A DNA stretch of 43,586 nt, taken from IMG/VR virus record IMGVR_UViG_3300043613_000002, positions 1 to 43,586 of that record. One strand, written 5' to 3'. Below the pieces are notes generated by a model. That model did no database searches and had not been told where the DNA came from. It worked only from the letters and a program-made list of their open reading frames with translations. The stretch's first letter is position 1. Every line of letters starts with the position of its first letter. The position numbers and the translations under genes are program-made. Positions 8,993 to 17,672 of this stretch are shown in pieces. Source of the stretch: a virus.

Positions 8993-9720
8993 AAAAGCCG
9001 AGCGTGATGGTGTGCCTTCCTGCTTATGGTCAAACAAACTGCACCGTGACCACGGAATCGCTGTTCAAGCTGGCGCAGTTCTTCACGCTCAATTCTATCA
9101 GACATCAGCTCTCATGGTACTCAGCAGCTGACATCGTCGAGGTCCGTAACCTGTTTTTGACCTCGTGGTATGATTGCCACCCACAATATTCGCACATGCT
9201 GTTCATCGACGCGGATATGGGCTTTGAGCCGGAATTGATCCGCGACATGATTGATTTCGACAAGCCATTGACCGGGACGTTCTACGCCCGGCGGCAAATG
9301 CCGGCCTCTGTGGTCGGCGCAGCACTTCATCCCGATCATTCCTTTCCGGACATCAAGAGCGGGTTCCTGCCGGCGGCTTATGTCGGTGGAGGCGTCATGC
9401 TGATCAAGCGCTCGATGATGAAGGAGATGCTGGAGAAGAAACCGGAGCTGATCGATGCGCTTCCCAGCGTCCTTGCACAAGCTACCAGCCTTCCCCTGAC
9501 GCGGCTGATCCGTGCCTTCGACACCATTATTGAGGACAACCGCAGGCTTTCCGAGGACATTTCGTTCTGCTCCCGCTGGATCGAGTGTGGAGGAGAGATC
9601 TGGGCCAATGTGATGCACAAGATCGATCACGTCGGGCCGTTCAACTTCCATCTCCGCTACGGCGGGATCATGGAAAAGACATGGAACGAGGATCAGGCCA
9701 ATGCCCAAAACGCGGCTTGA
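8989..9720 (+). CDS. Glycosyltransferase (GT-A-like), paralogue of 7791..8468
   Basis: DxD motif in MLFIDADMGF, plus SEDISFCSRW. ATGA overlap with the methyltransferase. Confidence 0.72.
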   Translation: MKKPSVMVCLPAYGQTNCTVTTESLFKLAQFFTLNSIRHQLSWYSAADIVEVRNLFLTSWYDCHPQYSHMLFIDADMGFEPELIRDMIDFDKPLTGTFYARRQMPASVVGAALHPDHSFPDIKSGFLPAAYVGGGVMLIKRSMMKEMLEKKPELIDALPSVLAQATSLPLTRLIRAFDTIIEDNRRLSEDISFCSRWIECGGEIWANVMHKIDHVGPFNFHLRYGGIMEKTWNEDQANAQNAA

Positions 9721-10117
9721 TCTCGTCAATCAGTGCCTGATCAATCTTGGTGTCTATACCTACGGCCAATCACTATCGCCTGAAGACCTTCTAAAGATGG
9801 ACGGCTTTATCGATCCGTCTATTGCCTTGCTGGAGGGCAAGGAGATTTATTTCGTAGCGGATGCGGGTACGGCAGCCGGTACCGACGGATCTCCAACATC
9901 TGGCGAGATCGATGACGCGGCCTTTTTACCGTTGGCGGACTGGATTGCGAATCGGGCTTGTTCCGGTTTTAATCTGGCGGCGGATGCCAAGATGCAAGCC
10001 CTGGCCTCCTTGGCTGAAGCTGATCTGATCACACTGTCAGCTCCGAAATCGACCCTTCGGACGTTGCGGGTCGATCCGGCCTTGAGGCCACGTCGGCTTG
10101 GTTGGTATCGTGGTTAA
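9701..10117 (+). CDS. Head-tail adaptor candidate (P22 gp4 position)
   Basis: 138 aa, immediately upstream of the gp10-like gene. Assigned by synteny only. Confidence 0.45.
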   Translation: MPKTRLDLVNQCLINLGVYTYGQSLSPEDLLKMDGFIDPSIALLEGKEIYFVADAGTAAGTDGSPTSGEIDDAAFLPLADWIANRACSGFNLAADAKMQALASLAEADLITLSAPKSTLRTLRVDPALRPRRLGWYRG

Positions 10118-11531
10118 AAAGACGATCCCGTTTCCGGTCCAAACGGCACCGGGAGCAAAGCCACAAGAGGCCGGTGGTCGGATTATCAATGGCTATGTCG
10201 AGGAACTGGGACCGCAGGCGCCGGGCAAGACGGTCATTCGCCGGGCTCCGGGGCTGGTCAACTTCGGGACATCGGCCCGGACCGGATTTCGCGGCTCGAT
10301 CGTTGTCAATGCCGTGTTGTATGCGGCCTATAATGGCAAGCTGGAGAAATGGACCAGCGCGGGTGGTGCATCAGTTAATGTAGGCAATCTGAACGGCACC
10401 AAGCGGGGCTTCTTTGCTGCCAATAACAACACCACGCCGGATAAGGTATTCGTCGATCCGGACGGTAATATCGCTACCTTCACGCCGAGCGCGGTTACAA
10501 ATTCATGGCCGGATGCGGATCTTCCTGCGGTCAACTCGGTTGATTTTCTCGATGGCTATCTGGTGTTCACGACTGGAGATGGCAGGGCGTTCGCGACAGA
10601 TCTGAACTCGACCAGCGTCAACGCACTTAGTTTTGGCAAGGCAGAGGCCAAGCCGGACGGGCTGGTCCGCGTGGTCTCATGGGGCGGTCGGCTCTTGTTC
10701 TTCGGCAATCAGACGACGGAAGTCTGGACCGACGCGGGGACGACGCCGTTCCCGTTCGCTCGCAACACGGTCATTCCGCGTGGATTGGCCGGACCCTATT
10801 GCGTATCGGGATATGAGGATGGATTCTCCCGCGGACCGATCTTCATCGGGGATGATAGTTGCGTCTACGCTCTTCAGGGATACACACCCACAAAGGTTTC
10901 GACGCCTGACATTGATGGATTGATCGAGGCCGTCAGCGATAAGACAACTCTTGAGATGACCTGTTACATCTCAAAAGGTCATGCGTTCTGCGACATCTCC
11001 TGCCCGGCGTGGACCTGGACACTGGACGTGACGACGAGCCAATGGGCGGAAGGTGCAAGCTTTCTTGGAACTCGATCCCGACGCGCCGGAGCCATAAATG
11101 CATACAGCAAGTGGCTGACCGGCGACACGGCAGGTGGAAATTTCCAGCAGATAACGTCAACTGCGAATGATGAGGTCGGAAGCCCGTTAAGACTTCGCAT
11201 CGAAAGCGGGCCCGTGATGAATTTTCCCAGCGGAACGGTGGTCGGAAGGGCTGATTTCTACTTCACGACGGGCGTTGGTATCGCTGCGGGACACGATCCG
11301 GATCAGACTGACCCCGACGTTGATATTTCCTGGAGCGATGACGGAATCACATGGAGCAACCCGATCAATCGAAAGCTCGGAAGGCAATCGGAGCCAAGGC
11401 AGTTGATCTCGCTAGTGGCCTGTACAGGGCGTACAGGCTGGCAGGGGCGCCGCTGGCGGCTTGATGTTTCTTCTGGTGTGTATGCAGGGTTCATGTTCGG
11501 AACGATGTCGGACGATCCCAGGGCCGTCTGA
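10098..11531 (+). CDS. P22 gp10-like tail hub / packaged-DNA stabilisation protein
   Basis: 477 aa (P22 gp10 is 472 aa). The segment EAKPDGLVRVVSWGGRLLFFGNQTTEVWTDAG resembles the P22 gp10 segment as I recall it from memory. The start codon is uncertain (TTG 10098 or GTG 10110). Confidence 0.68.
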   Translation: MVGIVVKKTIPFPVQTAPGAKPQEAGGRIINGYVEELGPQAPGKTVIRRAPGLVNFGTSARTGFRGSIVVNAVLYAAYNGKLEKWTSAGGASVNVGNLNGTKRGFFAANNNTTPDKVFVDPDGNIATFTPSAVTNSWPDADLPAVNSVDFLDGYLVFTTGDGRAFATDLNSTSVNALSFGKAEAKPDGLVRVVSWGGRLLFFGNQTTEVWTDAGTTPFPFARNTVIPRGLAGPYCVSGYEDGFSRGPIFIGDDSCVYALQGYTPTKVSTPDIDGLIEAVSDKTTLEMTCYISKGHAFCDISCPAWTWTLDVTTSQWAEGASFLGTRSRRAGAINAYSKWLTGDTAGGNFQQITSTANDEVGSPLRLRIESGPVMNFPSGTVVGRADFYFTTGVGIAAGHDPDQTDPDVDISWSDDGITWSNPINRKLGRQSEPRQLISLVACTGRTGWQGRRWRLDVSSGVYAGFMFGTMSDDPRAV

Positions 11532-11998
11532 TGGCAAGGATAAAGACCCCGCTGCAGGACGTTACCCCGATCGAGAATATACCGGGGCGATGGACACCTG
11601 ACTGGTACGATTTCTTCAGGCAGTTGGATGGGCTTGATCCACTATCAAGCATTGTGTTTCCCCACGATGTTACGAAGTCCGATATTACGCGCACGCTTAA
11701 TGCCCAGAGCGGGACGACTTACACCTTTGCGCTGGCAGATGCTGGCAGCCTGTGTGAGTTCACCAACGGCTCGGCCGTTACGGTGACGATACCGACCAAT
11801 GCCAGCGTGGCGTTTCCGGTAGGGACACAGATCGATGTGACGCAAGGCGGGGCTGGAAAGGTGACTTTTGCAGGCGCGGGTGGTGTCACTTTGAAATCGG
11901 TCGGCAGCAACAAATCTCTCTCGGCTCAGGAAGCCGGCGGAACACTCGTTCAGATGTCGGCCAATGTCTGGAGGCTGGTTGGCAGCCTGATCCCATGA
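11531..11998 (+). CDS. Tail-associated hypothetical protein
   Basis: 155 aa. TGATG coupling to the upstream gene. Position matches P22 gp26/gp14. Confidence 0.55.
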   Translation: MARIKTPLQDVTPIENIPGRWTPDWYDFFRQLDGLDPLSSIVFPHDVTKSDITRTLNAQSGTTYTFALADAGSLCEFTNGSAVTVTIPTNASVAFPVGTQIDVTQGGAGKVTFAGAGGVTLKSVGSNKSLSAQEAGGTLVQMSANVWRLVGSLIP

Positions 11999-12690
11999 GC
12001 AGGTTTGGACTGGGGTTTCTGGGATCATTTGGAGGCAATGACGCTTTCGTAAAGAGTCTGCTGCATCTGGACGGGACCAATGGATCAACCACGATCACGG
12101 ATGAGGCGGCTGGGAAATCTCCCGTCCTTTCGTGGACCTGCGTTGGCGATGCGCTGTCAACGGCAGATCAGAAGTTTGGAACAGCTAGTCTTTTGAATGC
12201 GGCTATTCAGTACATTACTACGCCGGACAACGCGGCGTTCAATGCTCTTGGTACGACGCCTTTCGTCTTCGACTGCTGGATCAACACGGCGAACTCCGGT
12301 TCGCAAATGTTCATGGCGGGGATTGGTCTCCGCAACGCGACGTTCTCGTTTTATCTGGTTCGCAATGCCGCGAACACGATCTCGTTCGTTACGCCTTCTG
12401 GCACGGTCACTACGGCCGGAACGGTCAGTTCTGCAGGTTGGCATCACGTCGCAGCGATCGCAGACGGTACAAATATCTACATCGCGCTGGATGGCGTGGT
12501 TTCGTCTGGAGTTGGGTACACGTCGCTGCCGTCTACTAGCGGCCCCTTCGATATCGGAACAGTTCACTTTACGGCGGGCACTATTTCCTTGAGTTTCCTC
12601 GGCAACATCGATGAGGCGCGACTGTCGATCGGCACTACGCGCGGGTGGACTTCGAACTTTACGCCGTTCTCGATGGCTTACGGACTATAA
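11995..12690 (+). CDS. LamG / concanavalin-like domain protein (tail or receptor-binding accessory)
   Basis: 231 aa. The motifs LLHLDGTNGSTTITD and WHHVAAIADGTNIYIALDGV are typical of Laminin_G_3-like phage proteins. Ends in tandem stops TAA TAG. Confidence 0.65.
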   Translation: MSRFGLGFLGSFGGNDAFVKSLLHLDGTNGSTTITDEAAGKSPVLSWTCVGDALSTADQKFGTASLLNAAIQYITTPDNAAFNALGTTPFVFDCWINTANSGSQMFMAGIGLRNATFSFYLVRNAANTISFVTPSGTVTTAGTVSSAGWHHVAAIADGTNIYIALDGVVSSGVGYTSLPSTSGPFDIGTVHFTAGTISLSFLGNIDEARLSIGTTRGWTSNFTPFSMAYGL

Positions 12691-12702
12691 TAGGAGGCTA
12701 TC

Positions 12703-13398
12703 ATCGGAAATATTTTCACAGACCTGTTCAGCACAGGTCCGGCAGATGAAGCTGCGAAGGCAAAGACTGCTGGTTTTACCGCGGGCAAGACCGATGCCAA
12801 TGCGGCGCTTGATACCGGACAGGCCCAAGCAACCCCGCTATTCAATCAAGCTTATGGAGATTTCAGCACGCTAGCCGGTAAGTTCGGAGCCGGTCAGGAC
12901 GCCTATAATAATGCCACGGGCGTAAACGGACAGGCCGGGATCGATAGCGCTGCTTCCATTTACAAGTCACTGCCGGGCTACTCCGGAGGTTTGACGACGG
13001 GTATAGATGCCGTGAACCGCGGCGCGGCGGCTCGAGGTGATCTAGGGGGCGGCAATACTTCGGCGGATACCATCAAGTATGCATCGGACTATGATGCCAA
13101 CAAATACGGCAATTATCTATCCGCGCTGGCTCCGAACCTCGCCGGAGCCACCTCAGCCACGGCCGGCGGCGCAGGTGTTCTCGGCACGCAGGCGACATCG
13201 GATCTGGGCGTTGCAAGTCAGCGCGCGGGGCTGGACTATGGAGCTGCTACGGGCATCGGAAACGCCAATGCCGATGCTGCGCTGGCGCCTTACTCAGCCT
13301 CGCAGAACTTCTGGAGCGCATTGACGGGAGTTGGCAACATGGCGCTGAAGGCAACCGGCGTTGGCGGCTATGGCGCTCCTTCCCTGAAGGCCGCCTGA
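12703..13398 (+). CDS. Internal virion / ejection-protein candidate (P22 gp7-sized) with a non-canonical start
   Basis: The frame is open from 12694. The first in-frame ATG/GTG/TTG is TTG at 12991. AGGAGG at 12692..12697 lies 5 nt before ATC at 12703. Coding-like Ala/Gly-rich sequence runs throughout. Confidence 0.55.
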   Translation: MGNIFTDLFSTGPADEAAKAKTAGFTAGKTDANAALDTGQAQATPLFNQAYGDFSTLAGKFGAGQDAYNNATGVNGQAGIDSAASIYKSLPGYSGGLTTGIDAVNRGAAARGDLGGGNTSADTIKYASDYDANKYGNYLSALAPNLAGATSATAGGAGVLGTQATSDLGVASQRAGLDYGAATGIGNANADAALAPYSASQNFWSALTGVGNMALKATGVGGYGAPSLKAA

Positions 13399-13399
13399 G

Positions 13400-14668
13400 A
13401 TGGGTTTTCAGGGCCCTCCGGCGGTTGACTTCTACTCGATGCTATCCGGGCTGGGCGATACGATCGCGACTAACCGTGCCGCGCAGGCCAAACGCGATGC
13501 GTTCGCGGCGGCGACGACGCCCGGAGAGGACGGCAAGATTGACTATGGAAAGGCGATCCTTGGTCTTGCACAGGTCGATCCACAGGCAGCCGCGCTGTTT
13601 GCGCAACGCCAGAACCATGATGACACCCTGAAACAGCAGGCAATCGATAACGCTCGCAACACGGCGCGGGATACGAGCTCGGATTCGCACTGGAATTCGG
13701 ACTATGCGCTGCGCAAGGCGGCGGCGGCTCGAGCCAATGATCCGACGCCGGCCGGCTTTGAAAAGCAGGCAGACGGCACTTACGCGCCGTTGCGCGGTGG
13801 ACCTCAAGATCCGGCTTATCAGGCGAGGGTTGCTGAAGAAGCCGCGCGGGCCAAGGGCGAAGTTCCAACCATCATAGGAAGCGGAAGCTCGGTAATTATT
13901 CCGAACAAAGCCCAGGAAGGGGCCATCTTTACCAACAAGCCGCAGGATAGTGGGCTCAGTGACGCATCCCGCGATATCAAAGCGCGCCAGCTCATCAACG
14001 GTGACCAGTCGGGATTGACCAATATCGGCCGCGGGGCACAGGCCGGCCGTACACTGGAGGCCGTCTCCAACCGTGCCGCCGAGATCCTGATGGAAGAACA
14101 GGGAATGTCTCCGCAGGATGCCGCAGCGCATCTCGGCAAAAAGATCCAGGAGTTCAAGGCATCTGGCTTAGGGCAGGGGGCTGAAGCCCGCACCGCTGGC
14201 GTGCGGGAAGCCAACCTGAACCTGATCCTGCGGGCGGCGGATGCGGCTATCCCAGCGGCTTTACAGGCCTCTGACGCAGTATCCCGGACGGGCTGGGTTC
14301 CTCTCAACAAAGTCATACAGAACGGCCAGGTGACCGCCAGCAACCCTGACTTGAAACGGTTTGGCATGGCTAACCTTCAGCTTGCCGAGCATTGGGCAAG
14401 GGCCATGAATCCGACTGGCGTGATGCGCGAATCCGATCGTGACAAGGCTTTGAGCTTCCTGAGCACGGCGGACAGCAAGGAGACCTATCGTCAAGCGGTC
14501 GATCAACTCCATACCCAGATCGTCCGGGAGCGGGATGCCGTGAAAGGCGCCCCCGTCACGCCATCTGCGCCGTCATTCCGGTCTGGCGATGTCGTCAACG
14601 ATCCATCACAAGGCAACCCTACGGGAAACCGCACCAAGGGCGGTATCGGCTGGAGCGTTGTTCAATAA
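13400..14668 (+). CDS. Internal virion / ejection-protein candidate (P22 gp20 position)
   Basis: 422 aa. Position and size synteny only. Confidence 0.55.
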   Translation: MGFQGPPAVDFYSMLSGLGDTIATNRAAQAKRDAFAAATTPGEDGKIDYGKAILGLAQVDPQAAALFAQRQNHDDTLKQQAIDNARNTARDTSSDSHWNSDYALRKAAAARANDPTPAGFEKQADGTYAPLRGGPQDPAYQARVAEEAARAKGEVPTIIGSGSSVIIPNKAQEGAIFTNKPQDSGLSDASRDIKARQLINGDQSGLTNIGRGAQAGRTLEAVSNRAAEILMEEQGMSPQDAAAHLGKKIQEFKASGLGQGAEARTAGVREANLNLILRAADAAIPAALQASDAVSRTGWVPLNKVIQNGQVTASNPDLKRFGMANLQLAEHWARAMNPTGVMRESDRDKALSFLSTADSKETYRQAVDQLHTQIVRERDAVKGAPVTPSAPSFRSGDVVNDPSQGNPTGNRTKGGIGWSVVQ

Positions 14669-16209
14669 TGCCCATCCTGAACATAGAGGGACGGAAGGTC
14701 TCGGTTGACGACAATTTTCTGAAGCTGACGCCCGATCAGCAAAATATGACCGTGGATGAGATCGCGGCTTCGTTCAAGGATGCGCCTAAATCCGATCTTC
14801 AGCAGCCAGAAGTGGCGGATCACGGTCTTTCCGAACGCAAAAAACTGTCTCCGATTGAAAAGGCCATCAACCCGATCACGAGCTATCCTGCCACCTATGA
14901 CCGGATTAACAAGGAGGCGCGACAACAAGTCTCGCATGGTGTCGACCAGTTAACCGCCGGTAACGGCGCTTGGGAAACGGCCAAGGGCGTCGGTAATATT
15001 GCGGCCGGAACACTGGGATACGTAGCATCCCCCATCAATGCGGCGTACCGCTCAGTCGTCGGCCAACCCATTGAAGATGTGACAGGCGTCCCACGCGAGA
15101 TACCGGAATTTGCGGCGCAGTTGGCAACGCCTGGTATCGGCATGACAAGCCTGACCAAGAGCGAGCCGGTCGTTACGGCTGTTGCGAAGGCGGCGCCGTC
15201 GATCACGGAATTGAAGGCTGCAGCCAAGGCCGGGTACGATAGCCCGGAAGTATCGTCACTGGTTATCAAGCCGACCGCGATCAGCAAATACTCGGAAGAA
15301 ACACAATCGGCGCTGAATAACGCTGGTTTTGACGAGAACCTTGCGCCGAAGACGTTTGGCATCCTGTCGAAGCTTGAAAAGGTTCCAGAGGGCGCGACGG
15401 TTACCGGCAACAATATCCAGAGCGTGCGGCGCATGCTGGGGAACGCTGCTGGCTCAACCGATCCGACTGAGCGCGCCGCGGCCTCCCATGCGATCGATGC
15501 GCTGGACGATCTTCTGCCAAAGGTTGCCCAAGCAGACGTGCTCTCCGGAGACGCCACGGCCGCGGCTAAGACGCTGGAGACGGCGCGGGGCAACTATTCG
15601 GCCGCAAAGCAAGCTGAGAAGATTGATAACAAAACCGTACAGGCAGAAGTGCGCGCCGCGGCGGCTAACTCCGGGATGAATGTCGCTAATACGGTCCGCC
15701 AACGCATGGCGGACGTAGTTTTGAAGCCGGCCGAACGTCGCGGCTTGCTACCGGAAGAGGTGCAGGCCGCTCAGGACATTTCGGAAGGCACGCGCGGGCA
15801 GAATATCTTGCGCGCGGCTGGCAACGCGATGGGCGGCGGCGGCGGGCTTGGGGCGGCTGTAACCGGCGGCATTGGCGCGCTGGCAACGCCCGGCGGCATC
15901 GGTGGATTGATCCCCATCGCCGGTTTCGCCATGAAGGCGCTGGCCAATAAGATGACCTTGGCACAGGCCGGAAAGCTCTCTGAAATGATCCGGTCCCGGG
16001 CTCCGCTCGCAAGCTCGTTCGAAAAGTTCGAAGTGAGCGCCAAAGCCTTTGATGCGAATAAAAGCGCTAAGACGATATCCGCCGCGGTGATCGCGTCGCG
16101 GAATCTATCGAATAACCTCAGAGCCTCTGGGTTCAGTATTTCCCCAACGGACCTGATGAAGGCTCTTTCGTCTCCAGGAACAAGCAATGCCGAAGATCAG
16201 CAATCCTAA
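14668..16209 (+). CDS. Internal virion / ejection-protein candidate (P22 gp16 position)
   Basis: 513 aa. Contains a Gly-rich hydrophobic segment GGGGGLGAAVTGGIGALATPGGIGGLIPIAGFAM. TAATG coupling to the upstream gene. Confidence 0.55.
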   Translation: MPILNIEGRKVSVDDNFLKLTPDQQNMTVDEIAASFKDAPKSDLQQPEVADHGLSERKKLSPIEKAINPITSYPATYDRINKEARQQVSHGVDQLTAGNGAWETAKGVGNIAAGTLGYVASPINAAYRSVVGQPIEDVTGVPREIPEFAAQLATPGIGMTSLTKSEPVVTAVAKAAPSITELKAAAKAGYDSPEVSSLVIKPTAISKYSEETQSALNNAGFDENLAPKTFGILSKLEKVPEGATVTGNNIQSVRRMLGNAAGSTDPTERAAASHAIDALDDLLPKVAQADVLSGDATAAAKTLETARGNYSAAKQAEKIDNKTVQAEVRAAAANSGMNVANTVRQRMADVVLKPAERRGLLPEEVQAAQDISEGTRGQNILRAAGNAMGGGGGLGAAVTGGIGALATPGGIGGLIPIAGFAMKALANKMTLAQAGKLSEMIRSRAPLASSFEKFEVSAKAFDANKSAKTISAAVIASRNLSNNLRASGFSISPTDLMKALSSPGTSNAEDQQS

Positions 16210-16258
16210 ACTCCACGGTGCGTAAACCAGCAAGATTACCACAACGCAATAGACCAGC

Positions 16259-16281
16259 AGCGCTCTTCGGGGCGCTTTTTT
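16259..16281 (+). terminator. Intrinsic terminator with a UUCG tetraloop
   Basis: Stem 16259..16265 pairs with 16270..16276, loop ttcg, then a T5 run at 16277..16281. Confidence 0.6.
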
Positions 16282-16282
16282 C

Positions 16283-17293
16283 ATGGGATCGTCAATGATC
16301 AAGAAATTCTTCCTCGCGGGCGCTCTAGTCGTCGCATCGATCGCGCCAAGTCATTCTGCCGGAACCATCCCCTTTTCGCTCACCCAGCAGTTTGACAGCC
16401 TCGGGCACCCGCTGGTCAATTGCTTTTTCTATAGCATCGTGGCCGGCACGACGGCAACGGCGCAAAGCGCCTATCAGGACGCTGCACTCACCATCGCCCT
16501 GCCAAATCCGCAGCGCTGTGACGCCTCTGGACGCCTGGTGCAGATGTTCTTTGCGGACGGCTCGATCAAGATACGCATTACAAATTCGGCCGGCACCAAT
16601 CAGGTGGTCGCCGATAACGTACAGGTTATTGGTAACTCCTCGGGTGGCGGCGGCGGCTCTCCGGTTGATCCAACCACCGTTATTGCGACGGGTGACCTCA
16701 AGGTTCGCTACGGCACAGGTGCCCTGACCGGATTTGTCAGGGCTAACGGGCGAACCATCGGCTCCGCGACTTCAGGCGCCTCCGAACGAGCCAATGCGGA
16801 TGTTCAGGTGCTGTTTCAATATCTCTGGGATACCGACGCGAATCTTGTTGTCTCGACCGGACGGGGTGTTTCATCGGCGGCGGACTGGGCGGCCAACAAG
16901 ACGATTACGCTGCCTGATTGGCGCGGTCGTGCATTGGCGGCCCTTGATGACATGGGTAACAGTGCAGCAGGGCGGCTGACCGCAACATATTTCGGGGCCA
17001 CGGCTACGACTCTCGGTGCTGCCGGCGGCGCGGAGAGCAAGGCAGTCGTCACTGCAAATCTTCCACCTTACACGCCGGCCGGCACGTTTTCAGGCTCCTT
17101 GACTGCAACGTCATACCCCTTGGTCGGAAATACGGCGTCAGCGGCGCCGGGACAGAATACGATCAACGGTACAGTCACCAAAAGCATCGATTACAGCGGG
17201 TTTAGCTTTGCAGGAACGCCACAAGGTGGCGTCAGTACGCCAGTCGCCGTTGCATCGCCGATGATGCTCGCAACCGTGTACCTAAAATTATGA
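16283..17293 (+). CDS. Tail-collar-domain fibre protein with a signal-peptide-like N-terminus
   Basis: ITLPDWRGRALAALDDMGNSAAGRL matches the phage tail collar motif. The N-terminus MIKKFFLAGALVVASIAPSHSA is Sec-signal-like. An alternative start is at 16295. Confidence 0.7.
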   Translation: MGSSMIKKFFLAGALVVASIAPSHSAGTIPFSLTQQFDSLGHPLVNCFFYSIVAGTTATAQSAYQDAALTIALPNPQRCDASGRLVQMFFADGSIKIRITNSAGTNQVVADNVQVIGNSSGGGGGSPVDPTTVIATGDLKVRYGTGALTGFVRANGRTIGSATSGASERANADVQVLFQYLWDTDANLVVSTGRGVSSAADWAANKTITLPDWRGRALAALDDMGNSAAGRLTATYFGATATTLGAAGGAESKAVVTANLPPYTPAGTFSGSLTATSYPLVGNTASAAPGQNTINGTVTKSIDYSGFSFAGTPQGGVSTPVAVASPMMLATVYLKL

Positions 17294-17327
17294 GCAATAT
17301 CATATACTTATATCAGGAGTTGAGCTA

Positions 17328-17672
17328 GTGCAAATGGGCTCACTCGCGGAAGTTGCCCGCGGCGAAGACTGGATCGCGGTCAGTCCTTTGATTGATGATG
17401 ACAACGAGGAGGTCATCCTGACCGATGTGGAAATCGTCATGTCGATCTGCCGGCAGGGATGTCCTGAGACAGCACTTCTGACGGCCTCCACAACCAACGG
17501 CAAGATCACGCTGCCTACTACAACGACGCTTCAATGGTGGTTCACGAAGGACGACACCATTCAGCTTTGCGCCGGCACCTACGACGTATTCTTTTACGTT
17601 ATCATTGACGACATTCGGTCGCAGATCATTTCCGGAACGGTTCCGATTGTCGAAGGCGGGCCTGCGTCTTGA
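17328..17672 (+). CDS. Hypothetical tail-module protein
   Basis: 114 aa. GTG start 8 nt after AGGAG. Overlaps the next gene by 4 nt. Confidence 0.5.
   Translation: MQMGSLAEVARGEDWIAVSPLIDDDNEEVILTDVEIVMSICRQGCPETALLTASTTNGKITLPTTTTLQWWFTKDDTIQLCAGTYDVFFYVIIDDIRSQIISGTVPIVEGGPAS

Noticed and set aside
12688-12693. Stop-codon read-through fusing the LamG protein to the downstream ejection-protein-like ORF, which is in the same frame.
   Set aside because: Two consecutive stops (TAA TAG) make read-through very unlikely. The TAG is part of a perfect AGGAGG that favours re-initiation.
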